Positions 28,043 to 36,775 of a stretch of DNA of 64,000 bases are shown here, piece after piece. The stretch comes from an uncultured Coriobacteriaceae bacterium (GTDB lineage Bacteria > Actinomycetota > Coriobacteriia > Coriobacteriales > UMGS124), in contig UQBS01000007.1 in NCBI GenBank assembly GCA_900539345.1, positions 8,246-72,245 of the forward strand, written 5' to 3'. Within the stretch, counting starts at the first letter, position 1, and every line of letters begins with the position of its first letter. A program made the translations under genes and the position numbers. The notes below the pieces were generated by a model. That model ran no database searches. It had not been told where the DNA came from and worked only from the letters and a program-made list of their open reading frames with translations.

Positions 28043-29764
28043 GTGACTCGCAAAAACATCGCACAAGCGCCGTGCCCTGCCGAGAAACTCGTGGCAGAGC
28101 ATGTGCCCTCCCGCATGCACATCAAGGACAGCACGCTGTATGACTTCAGCGAGGTTGCCCTGGACAGTGCGCGCAACTTCATGGGTTGGACCGACCTGGC
28201 AAGCAACCCTCCCACCCCGATCGACCAGATCGAGGAGTTCGCTCGCGGCGTGGCCGACGACGACATCAACTACGTGGGTCTTCTCGGCGAGGGCGGCAGC
28301 TCTCAGGCTCCCATGACCATCACGAAGCTCTGCGCCGCCCTGCACCCCCGCGTGCGCTTCTCCACGCTCGACTCCCTGTCGCCCGTGTACGTGAGGCAGA
28401 TCCTGCACGGTGTGGACTACGCGCATGCCATCTTCATCGTGTCGAGCAAGTCAGGCGGCACCCTTGAGACGCTCTCGCTGTACCACGTCATCTGGGAGGA
28501 CGTGGTCCGCGAGCTCGGCGAGCAGGAAGCTGGCAAGCACTTCGTGGCCATCACCGACCCGGGCAGCGACCTGGAGAAGCTCGCCCGCGAGCGCTCCTTC
28601 CGCGGTGTGTTCCTCGGCGAGCCCACCGTTGGCGGGCGCTTCTCGGCGCTGTCGGTCTTCGGCCTGGTACCGGCGGCCTTGTGCGGCCTGGACGTGCGCG
28701 ACATGGTGACTCGCGCCGCCGAGATGGAGCGCATGTGCTCCCAGGACAGCCTGAACAACCCCGCCGTTCAGCTGGCGAGCTTCCTCATCACGAACCTCTC
28801 CCCCGCCTCGGCCAATTGCTTCACCTACATCTCGCCCCAGCCGGGGCGCGTCTTCGGCCTGTGGATGGAGCAGCTCATCGCAGAGAGCCTCGGCAAGGAC
28901 GGCAAGGGCGTCGTGCCTCACATCGAGATCGACGTCAACCTGCTCAACCACCATCAGCCCATGCACCCCGTGGTGGTGTACCACACCAACGCCGACTCCA
29001 CGTTCGACCGCGAGGCTTCGATGCTCTCGCCCAACGTGCCGCAGCGCTCCTACATGCTCGAGGACCCCATGGACATCGGGCGCCACTTCGTGCTGTGGGA
29101 GTACGCCACCGCGTTCATGGGCTGGCTCATGGAGGTCCCGCCCTTCAACCAGCCCGACGTGCAGGCCGCCAAGACCAACACGAAGGCGATTCTCGCAGGT
29201 CATTTGCCCGACCGCACGCATCGCCTGGCCGAGCCTTGGGTGTGCGCCGAGTATTCCGACGAGTTCGCCTCGCAGACGGGCATCGTCGACCCCACGCAGA
29301 TGCGCTCCGTGGACTCGGTGATCGACGCCTTCATGAGCCTGGTTGAGCCTGGCTGCTGGATCTCGGTCAACGCGTTCCTCCCCTTCACGGGCGAGCGCCG
29401 CGGCCCCATGGAGGTCATCCGCCACACACTCGCACGCCATCTGAGGGTGCCTTGCTCGCTTGAGATCGGCCCTCGCTACCTTCACTCGACCGGCCAGCTC
29501 CAGAAGGGCGGCGAGAACACCGGTCTCTTCCTCATTCTCTCGGGCAACGAGGTCAACGACCTTGAGGTCCCCGGCACCCAGTACAGCCTGGGCCAGCTCG
29601 AGGTCGCACAGAGCAAGGGCGATCTGGAGACGCTCTCGGCCAAGGGGCGCCGGGCGCTGCACCTGCACATGATCGACACCGACGCCGACACCCTGTGGAG
29701 GCTGGCACACGCCTTTGAGGAAGCCGGAACGAGAATCGCCATCAAGCGCGCCCTGGGCAAGTAG
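28043..29764 (+). CDS. pgi: Glucose-6-phosphate isomerase-like (SIS/PGI family) protein
   Basis: A GTG at 28043 follows GGAGAG. GLLGEGGSSQAP and FIVSSKSGGTLETLS form the PGI sugar-phosphate-binding motif. YLHSTGQLQKGG lies near the C-terminus. The start codon is uncertain. Confidence 0.7.
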   Translation: MTRKNIAQAPCPAEKLVAEHVPSRMHIKDSTLYDFSEVALDSARNFMGWTDLASNPPTPIDQIEEFARGVADDDINYVGLLGEGGSSQAPMTITKLCAALHPRVRFSTLDSLSPVYVRQILHGVDYAHAIFIVSSKSGGTLETLSLYHVIWEDVVRELGEQEAGKHFVAITDPGSDLEKLARERSFRGVFLGEPTVGGRFSALSVFGLVPAALCGLDVRDMVTRAAEMERMCSQDSLNNPAVQLASFLITNLSPASANCFTYISPQPGRVFGLWMEQLIAESLGKDGKGVVPHIEIDVNLLNHHQPMHPVVVYHTNADSTFDREASMLSPNVPQRSYMLEDPMDIGRHFVLWEYATAFMGWLMEVPPFNQPDVQAAKTNTKAILAGHLPDRTHRLAEPWVCAEYSDEFASQTGIVDPTQMRSVDSVIDAFMSLVEPGCWISVNAFLPFTGERRGPMEVIRHTLARHLRVPCSLEIGPRYLHSTGQLQKGGENTGLFLILSGNEVNDLEVPGTQYSLGQLEVAQSKGDLETLSAKGRRALHLHMIDTDADTLWRLAHAFEEAGTRIAIKRALGK

Positions 29765-29773
29765 GAGACCCGC

Positions 29774-30577
29774 ATGAAGAACGTCGCGATTGTGACGGGG
29801 GCCACCTCGGGCGTGGGCCGCGAGTTTGTACAGCAGCTCGATGAGATGCTCTATGGCTCCATCGACGAGATCTGGGCGGTGGCGCGCAGTGCCGAAGGCC
29901 TCTCTCAGCTGTCTGAGACGGCCCAGACGCCCGTACGTGCCTTTGCGCTCGACCTGACCGACACCAGCGCCCCGCGCCAGCTGGAAATGGCGCTGGAGCT
30001 GGAGCAGGCGGCACAAGGTGTGAACGTCGCTTGGCTCGTCAACAGCGCAGGCTCAGGATGGTTTGGGGGTTACCAGGACATGGGCAGCTCGGCTGTGCGC
30101 CGCATGGTTGAGCTCAACTGCCTGGCCCTTGCCGACATCACCTCGGCAGCCCTCCCCTATATGACGCCAGGCTCGCGTATCGTGAACATGTCTTCCATTG
30201 CGGCGTTTTTGCCTCTTCCGGGCATGGCGCTCTATGCGGCGACGAAGCGCTTCGTGCTTGACCTCACGCACGGTCTCAACGAGGACCTGCGCGGCACGGG
30301 CATCAACGCCTGCGCCGTATGCCCCAAGGCGATACGCACGGGCTTCTGGGACGGCGCAGGCTCCGACGAGGCCAAGGGCATGGGCTTCTTCTTTGGCACG
30401 GAAGACGTTGCCGACGTGGTGCGCAAGGCCATCCACGCCGTGCAGATGGGCCGCGGCAGCGTCGTCACTTCGCCCGACATGAAGCTTGCCTGCGCTGCCT
30501 TCAAGGTGATGCCCTACGGCATGCTCTGTGGGCTCACCAAGGCGGCTCTGGCAGCCCATCGGTCACTGGCCTACTGA
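29774..30577 (+). CDS. SDR-family oxidoreductase
   Basis: VAIVTGATSGVGRE is the TGxxxGxG motif. NMSSIAA...YAATKRFV supplies the YxxxK catalytic motif. Confidence 0.85.
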   Translation: MKNVAIVTGATSGVGREFVQQLDEMLYGSIDEIWAVARSAEGLSQLSETAQTPVRAFALDLTDTSAPRQLEMALELEQAAQGVNVAWLVNSAGSGWFGGYQDMGSSAVRRMVELNCLALADITSAALPYMTPGSRIVNMSSIAAFLPLPGMALYAATKRFVLDLTHGLNEDLRGTGINACAVCPKAIRTGFWDGAGSDEAKGMGFFFGTEDVADVVRKAIHAVQMGRGSVVTSPDMKLACAAFKVMPYGMLCGLTKAALAAHRSLAY

Positions 30578-30620
30578 GAACGGGCGCCACGACACTCGCT
30601 CTTCCTCCATACCGATGCAC

Positions 30621-30652
30621 AAAAAAAGGGTCCGCATATGCGGGCCCTTTTG
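30621..30652. terminator. Bidirectional rho-independent terminator between the SDR gene and slyD
   Basis: An A7 run precedes GGGTCCGCAT/ATGCGGGCCC (30628-30647), and TTTT follows it. Confidence 0.7.
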
Positions 30653-30694
30653 CATGGCGTAGATAAGCGCACACAAGCGCCGTATATCCGAGGC

Positions 30695-31177
30695 TTAGTG
30701 GCAGCCGGAGCAGCCGCCGCCGCAATCGCCGCAGGAACCGCCGCAGCAGGACTCGGGAGCCTCCTCGCGGCTGACAAGCTCGAGCTCGAACGTCAGGGCC
30801 TTGCCGGCGAGGTTGTGGTTGAAGTCAAGGTACACCTTGCCGTCCTCGATCTTCTCAACCAGAGCAGGCATGGGATAGCCGGCGGGGTTGCGGAAGTAAA
30901 CGGTCTGGCCCACGGGAAGCTGCTCGTAGTTGGGCACGGACTCGCAGGGGATGGCCTGCACGAGACGCTCGTCACGCTCGCCGTAGGCATCCTTGGGCTC
31001 GAAGCGAGCCGTCTTCTTGTCGCCGGGCTGCATCTCAGCGACAGTCTTCTCAAAGCCGGGGATGACCTGGTGGGCACCCTCGACGAACGTGATGGGCTCG
31101 TTGCGGTCGTAGCTGCAGTCGAACTGCGTGCCGTCGTCGAGCGTGCCGCGGTAGTGGACGGAAACCTGAGTTGCCAT
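30695..31177 (-). CDS. slyD: FKBP-type peptidyl-prolyl isomerase SlyD with a Cys/Gly-rich metal-binding tail
   Basis: VSVHYRGTLDDGTQFD...GAHQVIPGFEKTV...YLDFNHNLAGKALTFELELV gives the FKBP and IF domains. The tail is CCGGSCGDCGGGCSGCH. The ATG at 31177 follows GGGAGAG. Confidence 0.85.
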   Translation of the reverse strand: MATQVSVHYRGTLDDGTQFDCSYDRNEPITFVEGAHQVIPGFEKTVAEMQPGDKKTARFEPKDAYGERDERLVQAIPCESVPNYEQLPVGQTVYFRNPAGYPMPALVEKIEDGKVYLDFNHNLAGKALTFELELVSREEAPESCCGGSCGDCGGGCSGCH

Positions 31178-31459
31178 TGAGCTCTCTCCCATTCCGCACG
31201 GGGCCTATCCCCATGCTGTATCCATTAGAACGCAACGTAGATGCAGGCAGCGCGCATCCAAGGGTCCAAAGGCCCAAGCCATGCGTGAACCTATGTGTAC
31301 CCCGCCCGGCTCATGCCAGACAAGAAGTAACGCATGAAACACCCGCGTCAAACAAAACAAAGCATGCGCTACCATAGCATATGCAACGCAGCTAAAGCCC
31401 TGCAACCGGGCAAGAATTGCCCGAATGACGCGCAGGATACCACCTTGTGCCAAAGCGAA

Positions 31460-32458
31460 CTAATACTCGCCACCATGTGCGTTGCCGAACTTGTCGGCAG
31501 CCTCTGCAAAGTTGGGCTGCTGCAACGCCCATGTGACGAACTCGGGCGTATCGACAACCAAGAAGTCGGCCTCATAGCAGGCAAGCAACGACTCGTCGGC
31601 ACTTCCGGGTTTGAACACGGGGCGGTCGGGCAAATACGGCGGCACATAGCTGGGGCTGGCAAGAAAGAACGCAGCCCCTGGGCACAGGCGCGCGAGGCCA
31701 TTGAGGGCGCGCTTGGCGGCATCCAGGCGGCCGAGCTTGTAGAGCAGCACGCTGCGCGCGATGTGCATCCAGCAGCTGCCCTCTCGGCCATAGCGCACAT
31801 CGAGGGCGTTGAGCCCTTCCTCGTCCTCAAGACGCGCGTACAGCAGCGCGGCGGTGTGGCGCACGCCCTGTCCGTCGGCAGGAGCCTCGTCAAGCATCTC
31901 GCAAGCCAGATTGAGCGCCTGGCGATAGCAAGCCGCCTGCACGAGCAGATCGAGCCTGCGGGCACGCATGCGCAGGTAAGGGCGCATGAACACGGCATCC
32001 CACGGGTCGGCCACGGCATCGTCGTAGAGCGCCGAGCGCTGCTCGCACCACTGACGGGCCTCGGCCTCAAGCCCGCTGAGCCCATCGATGGCCTGCTCGA
32101 ACGTGTCGGCCATGATGATGACGTCGAGTGTGCGCGCGTCGTAGCAGTGTGGGTCGCACTCGATGCAGCGAGCTAACAGCGCATGGGTCTGAGGAAGCTT
32201 CGAGGGCGGTTTACGGGGCGCGTCGGGGGCGGTCCCATACATCGCGTCGAGCTCGTCGTCAATGTCGCGCTGGGCGCGTGCCACAGCCTTCTCAAGCAGG
32301 AGCAGCGCCTTGTCCTCGTCGTCCTTCACGAGGGTCTCAGGCGAACGCATCGCCTGGCGCGTGAAGTCTGCCATGCGAGCGGCGTCGGTGGCCAGGCTCG
32401 GGTCGTCCTTGACGGCCTTGCGCAGAAGGCGCTCGGTGAGTTCTGCCGCTACAAGCAT
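31460..32458 (-). CDS. Hypothetical helical-repeat (TPR-like) protein, paralog 1
   Basis: The ATG at 32458 (MLVAAELTERLL) overlaps the upstream gene's stop codon by 10 nt. It shares FMRPYLRM...LLYARLEDEEGLNAL...LLYKLGRLDAAKRAL with the neighbouring gene. Confidence 0.65.
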   Translation of the reverse strand: MLVAAELTERLLRKAVKDDPSLATDAARMADFTRQAMRSPETLVKDDEDKALLLLEKAVARAQRDIDDELDAMYGTAPDAPRKPPSKLPQTHALLARCIECDPHCYDARTLDVIIMADTFEQAIDGLSGLEAEARQWCEQRSALYDDAVADPWDAVFMRPYLRMRARRLDLLVQAACYRQALNLACEMLDEAPADGQGVRHTAALLYARLEDEEGLNALDVRYGREGSCWMHIARSVLLYKLGRLDAAKRALNGLARLCPGAAFFLASPSYVPPYLPDRPVFKPGSADESLLACYEADFLVVDTPEFVTWALQQPNFAEAADKFGNAHGGEY

Positions 32459-33483
32459 GTCTGGTCTCCCCCTTCCCGTTCCTGTGCCGCCTGGGCACGC
32501 GACTCCTCCAGCACACGAGCCGCCTCCACATCGGGGTGCATCGATATCCATGAGCTCAGAGGGCTCGAGAAGTCCCCGCAGTTCTCATCGAGCACGACGG
32601 CCGCCTCGCTCACCGCGATGAACAGCTCGTCGTCGCTGCCCTCCGCATACTCAAGGTGACCGAAGAGACCGGCGGGCAGTTCGTCCTGGTAGGCAAGGGT
32701 GACGCCAGCCTGGGGATAGGTGCGCATGATGGCATGCAGCTCACGCTCGGCCGCCTCGAAATCGCAGCGCTTGTAGGCCAAGAAAAGCTCAGCCAAGGCA
32801 AACCAGGCGTTGTCGTCGCCCGGATAGCGCTCACGCAGCGCATGGAAGCCCGCCTCGTCCTCGAGCTTCACGTAGTCGAAGGCCGCCACCTGCCTGAACC
32901 CGGCAACGTCGTCATGGTCGGCATCGAGCATCTTGAGACAGACCTCGAGCGAGGCGCGGTAGCGTCCCAGGCTCAGCTGCTCGTTGGCTATGTCGAGCAT
33001 CCAGCGCAGGTAGGGCTTCATGTACGGCCCCATGCCCATATGTCCCTGCATAGGCATGGCATGCACGGCGCGCGCTCGCTCGGCACACTCGTCATGCACG
33101 CGCTCGGCTCCCTCAACAAGGAAGTCGAGCATCTCCTGGCGCGTGGGGCGCTGGAGGTTCTTCTGGATGCGCAGCGCGTCATGGCAAGCAGGGTCGAGCT
33201 TGAGGGCCTCGTCGACCATGGCGGTGGCCTCTACGGTGCTGCGGTTGACGTCGTCCTGGGTTTTCGCCTCAATGACCTGGTGGTCAAAAATCTGGGCGGC
33301 TCGGCCGGCGAGGGCAAAAGCACGGTCGGCATCCGTCTGCGGCAGGGCATCGCGGTCCTTGGCATATCGCTCGGGAAAAGCCGAGAGCATGGCGACAAGG
33401 TTGGGGTACTCCTTTGCCGCCGTGGAGGACGCCCAGCGCACGGCCAGGCGTTCAAAGTCTTCAGAAGCAGGAACCATGCTCAT
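32449..33483 (-). CDS. Hypothetical helical-repeat (TPR-like) protein, paralog 2
   Basis: A 344-aa ORF. The ATG at 33483 follows GGGGGA. It shares YMKPYLRW...FDYVKLEDEAGFHAL...LFLAYKRCDFEAAEREL with paralog 1. Confidence 0.65.
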   Translation of the reverse strand: MSMVPASEDFERLAVRWASSTAAKEYPNLVAMLSAFPERYAKDRDALPQTDADRAFALAGRAAQIFDHQVIEAKTQDDVNRSTVEATAMVDEALKLDPACHDALRIQKNLQRPTRQEMLDFLVEGAERVHDECAERARAVHAMPMQGHMGMGPYMKPYLRWMLDIANEQLSLGRYRASLEVCLKMLDADHDDVAGFRQVAAFDYVKLEDEAGFHALRERYPGDDNAWFALAELFLAYKRCDFEAAERELHAIMRTYPQAGVTLAYQDELPAGLFGHLEYAEGSDDELFIAVSEAAVVLDENCGDFSSPLSSWISMHPDVEAARVLEESRAQAAQEREGGDQTCL

Positions 33484-33541
33484 CGCGGGTCCCCCTTTCG
33501 GTACAACGTTGGGTGGATCAGAAAAATCGAGAGCAGGCGCG

Positions 33542-35278
33542 TCAGCCGCGCGGCAAGGTCATGGTGAGAACGACGCCGCCGCCCAGGCGCTTGCGTTGCT
33601 TGATGGTACCCCCGTGGGCATACACGGCAAGCGCCGCTACATAGAGGCCATACATGAGCCTGTCAAGGCGCATGACGCGTTGACGGTTGAGACCAGCCTC
33701 GCGGTTCGACTCTGAGCGACCTGCCTCAGAAGGCAGGCACATGGCCTGCAGGAGCACCTCGATCGGAGCTTTGTCGTTCTCCTCGATGCGAGGCCTGTCG
33801 AGCAAGGCGTTGCGCAAAAGAGCTGCGCGCTTCTTCTCGTAGACGAACTCGGTGCCCATGCCCGAGGCTGCGGGAGCACTTTCAAAGGCACCCAAATCAA
33901 GCGGGCAGAGCTCCTCGGGGCGGTTGTCTTGCACGACGAGAACGACGTCGGTCTCATTGGCGCGCACGGAAACCTCGACGACGCCGCCCTTGGCGACGCA
34001 GCCGCAAGCGCATTCCAAGATGAGCGTGACCGCAAGGCGCACAAGCGGCACGTCAGCCACGATGACGGGCGTGGACTGGCCCGGCACCATCTGGAGCACC
34101 TTGCCTGCCAGGCCGCTCTTGAGTACGTCGACCACACCTGCCGCCTCGGCGGCCAGGTCGCACTGGGCCTGAGGCTCGGCGGACAAGGTCGCCTGCACGC
34201 GATCGAGCATGATCTGCATGCGCGAGGTCTCGTCGGCCACTGCGCGCTCAAGGGCCTCGCGCTGCACGACATACTCGGGGCGCACCGTAAGGAGCGCGTC
34301 GCCCAAGGCGTGGACGGTCTGAATGGAAAGGGAGTCGTCGCGCAGCATGAGGTCGGCAAAGGCGCTGCGCACGCGCGTCGCGTGCATGGCGCGCAGGTCG
34401 CGACGGTGCTTGACGGCAAGCGACTGACGTTCGAGGGCGAGCTTGATTTGGTCGGCGATGGCGTCGAGGAATTCGAGGTCGTCGGCGGTGAAGTGGCTGC
34501 CCTTGACAGCGACGGCCAGCACGCCCTCCATGCCCGTCTGCGAAATAAGCGGCAGGTAGATGATGTCGGACTGCTCGTGAAAGTCGGTGAGAGCGCCGGC
34601 ACGGGAGCCGTTTTCAAACACCCAGTGCACCACGTACTTCTCGATGAGCGAGTTGAACGTGTCCTCGCCAAGGTCGCCCTCCACCACGTTGACCGTGGCG
34701 TCACGGCGTGCGCGGTCGGTATTTTCGGAATCAAACGGATCGGCCAGGTACATGGCGCATGAACGCCCAAAGAGGCTCACGACGCTCTGGAGCGCCGTGT
34801 CGACCGTCTCGGCAAGGCCATGCGCATAAAAGAAGCTGCCCGTGAGGTCGAACAGGGCCTCCGTGCGCCTGCGAGACGCGTCGTGAGCGTCGGCCTCCTC
34901 GCCGAGTCGCACGACGAGCGCGCCGAGCACAACGGAGATGACCATGAAGAGGATGAAGGTGAGGAGGCTGGCGCGATGGTCGATGCCAAGGTCGTAGTAG
35001 GGACGCACGAAGCGCCAGTCCTGGATGAGCGCGCCGATGCAAGCCGCGACAATCGTGGGCAAAAAGGCACGCGAGAAGAAGGCAACGGCAACCGTGCCCG
35101 CCAGGAAGGCCAGGTAGGTCACGCCCTCTGCAAAACCGAACTCGTAGGCAGCATAGGCGGCTGCGGTCGCCGCAATGAGGCAGGCGCACGTGATGAGCCA
35201 CGTGCGAGGCCGCCTCACGCGGTGAACGCGTCCGGCTTGGCTATCTTTAAGAGCATCGGAAGGAAAAGCCTGTGACAC
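33542..35278 (-). CDS. KdpD-C-terminal-like sensor kinase homolog (DUF4118 membrane domain, GAF-like, HisKA/HATPase-like) with degenerate catalytic motifs
   Basis: The GTG start lies 2 nt after the flavodoxin-like gene's stop codon. It has four TM helices of the DUF4118 type. The H-box position reads RSAFADLMLRDDSLSI (R where the phospho-His is expected). The N box reads LILECACGC. The G boxes read VQDNRPEEL and YAHGGTI...GGGVVLTMTLP. Confidence 0.7.
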   Translation of the reverse strand: MSQAFPSDALKDSQAGRVHRVRRPRTWLITCACLIAATAAAYAAYEFGFAEGVTYLAFLAGTVAVAFFSRAFLPTIVAACIGALIQDWRFVRPYYDLGIDHRASLLTFILFMVISVVLGALVVRLGEEADAHDASRRRTEALFDLTGSFFYAHGLAETVDTALQSVVSLFGRSCAMYLADPFDSENTDRARRDATVNVVEGDLGEDTFNSLIEKYVVHWVFENGSRAGALTDFHEQSDIIYLPLISQTGMEGVLAVAVKGSHFTADDLEFLDAIADQIKLALERQSLAVKHRRDLRAMHATRVRSAFADLMLRDDSLSIQTVHALGDALLTVRPEYVVQREALERAVADETSRMQIMLDRVQATLSAEPQAQCDLAAEAAGVVDVLKSGLAGKVLQMVPGQSTPVIVADVPLVRLAVTLILECACGCVAKGGVVEVSVRANETDVVLVVQDNRPEELCPLDLGAFESAPAASGMGTEFVYEKKRAALLRNALLDRPRIEENDKAPIEVLLQAMCLPSEAGRSESNREAGLNRQRVMRLDRLMYGLYVAALAVYAHGGTIKQRKRLGGGVVLTMTLPRG

Positions 35279-35279
35279 A

Positions 35280-35840
35280 TCAATACTTTCTCATGGGGAT
35301 AAGCCTGACTTTAGGGCCGCGGCCAAGCATCAGAGGCGCCGTACCGCGGACCCAAGCATCGACCTTGTCCCAGTCGCGATAGTCGCCTTCGGCGAGCGGG
35401 TAGACGCGAAGCGCCAGCTTCTCCATGTTGGTGAAGCCTTCGGTTCGCTTCCAACCAGGGAAGACGACGCTTGCCTTGGGATGCAGGCCGTGCGCCGTTT
35501 CGTGCATAACGGTATCGAGATCTCGCTCAGCAAGGCCCTCCGTCTGAGGTGAGGCGGCGCGCAGGCCTACCGAAAAGAGGGCAAGCGGGTGCTTGTCGAG
35601 AAACTCCGCGTTGGCAGTGAGCCAATCGCGCGCTTCCTTGTGGAACTTACCCATCCTCACGCCGCTGCCAAAAACCACGGCGTCGATGTCAGAGGGAATG
35701 GTGGGCATTTCCTCGACACTTACAACTTGGGGGCGAACGCCGTATGCGATGAAGTCGGTTCCGATGCGTTTGGCGATAGTGGTGGTGCAGCCAGAAAGTG
35801 TCGAATACGCAATGAGTACCTTCTCCATGCGATGAAGCAT
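35280..35840 (-). CDS. Flavodoxin-like (flavodoxin_5 / HemG-like) protein
   Basis: The ATG at 35840 follows AGGAG. KVLIAYSTLSGCTTTIAKRIG and DAVVFGSGVRMGKF are typical flavodoxin-fold motifs. Confidence 0.68.
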   Translation of the reverse strand: MLHRMEKVLIAYSTLSGCTTTIAKRIGTDFIAYGVRPQVVSVEEMPTIPSDIDAVVFGSGVRMGKFHKEARDWLTANAEFLDKHPLALFSVGLRAASPQTEGLAERDLDTVMHETAHGLHPKASVVFPGWKRTEGFTNMEKLALRVYPLAEGDYRDWDKVDAWVRGTAPLMLGRGPKVRLIPMRKY

Positions 35841-35954
35841 GCAATCTCCTATTCCCCTGCGGGCAACATAAGACGAACCCATATTGTAACGCACAAAAAA
35901 GGCCACCCGCGCGAGGCGGGCAGCCTTTGCCAAACGAAAAGCCGAAAGTTTCGA

Positions 35955-36536
35955 CTAGTCCTCAATCTGGATGGAATTGCCCATGACGACAGGCATCAGC
36001 AGGCAGATGGCATAGACGAAGAAGGCGAGACCGGCCATGGTGGAAGACATGGAGGAGTCGAGAACGACGCCCAGGGCCAGGCAGACCATGACGAGGGACA
36101 GGATGATCTCGATGGCCATGCCCTTGTAATGCAGAGCCTTGGTGGAGAAGGCACCAAAGAGAACGCCCAGGCCGCAGAAAGCGATGAACAGGGCGATGAC
36201 CCACTCGAAGGAGAGGGTGCCGACGAACGGGTCAACAATGGCGCCGACGCAAGCGGTGAGAGCCATGATGCCCGAAATCACCAGGTAGCCGGAGATGGTC
36301 TTGGAGCCACCAGCGTTCTTCCAAGCAGCGATCTGGCAGATGCCGGCAACAGCCATGACGACAGCACCGATGAGCTCACCGGCGGGCCAGGTGTAGCCCT
36401 CGGGAAGCTGCGGGTTGTGCATGGCCTCGGGCAGGATGCTGTGACCGACGAAGCAAATCACGCCCATGACGACCAGCAGTACGGCGCTGACGACGAGGCC
36501 CATGCGCGCCCAGCCGATCCTCTTACCAAACTCCAT
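35955..36536 (-). CDS. Multi-pass membrane protein (possibly DUF308/HdeD-like)
   Basis: The ATG at 36536 opens a roughly 193-aa ORF with about six hydrophobic helices. The family assignment is tentative. Confidence 0.5.
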   Translation of the reverse strand: MEFGKRIGWARMGLVVSAVLLVVMGVICFVGHSILPEAMHNPQLPEGYTWPAGELIGAVVMAVAGICQIAAWKNAGGSKTISGYLVISGIMALTACVGAIVDPFVGTLSFEWVIALFIAFCGLGVLFGAFSTKALHYKGMAIEIILSLVMVCLALGVVLDSSMSSTMAGLAFFVYAICLLMPVVMGNSIQIED

Positions 36537-36708
36537 GGTAGAACCCCTTTCCTCCACGCCCGAAGGCGTGCTCCCGGCCGCTTTTCGACCGCGGTACAGA
36601 ACTTTCCTGAGCAAGTATTCTATAGCTATTGTCAAAAAACAACAGTCTCAGCGCGCATGCTCACGCGCTTTATCCAAAAATGCACGCATAAAACGATATC
36701 TGCGGCAC

Positions 36709-36739
36709 GAAAAAGGCCCCCGCAGGCAAAGCGGGGGCC
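36709..36739 (-). terminator. Rho-independent terminator
   Basis: GGCCCCCGC (36715-36723) pairs with GCGGGGGCC (36731-36739). On the minus strand it is followed by TTTTT. Confidence 0.7.
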
Positions 36740-36775
36740 TCCGGAGGGCAAATTTGGCAGTGTGCCTGCGTAAAC

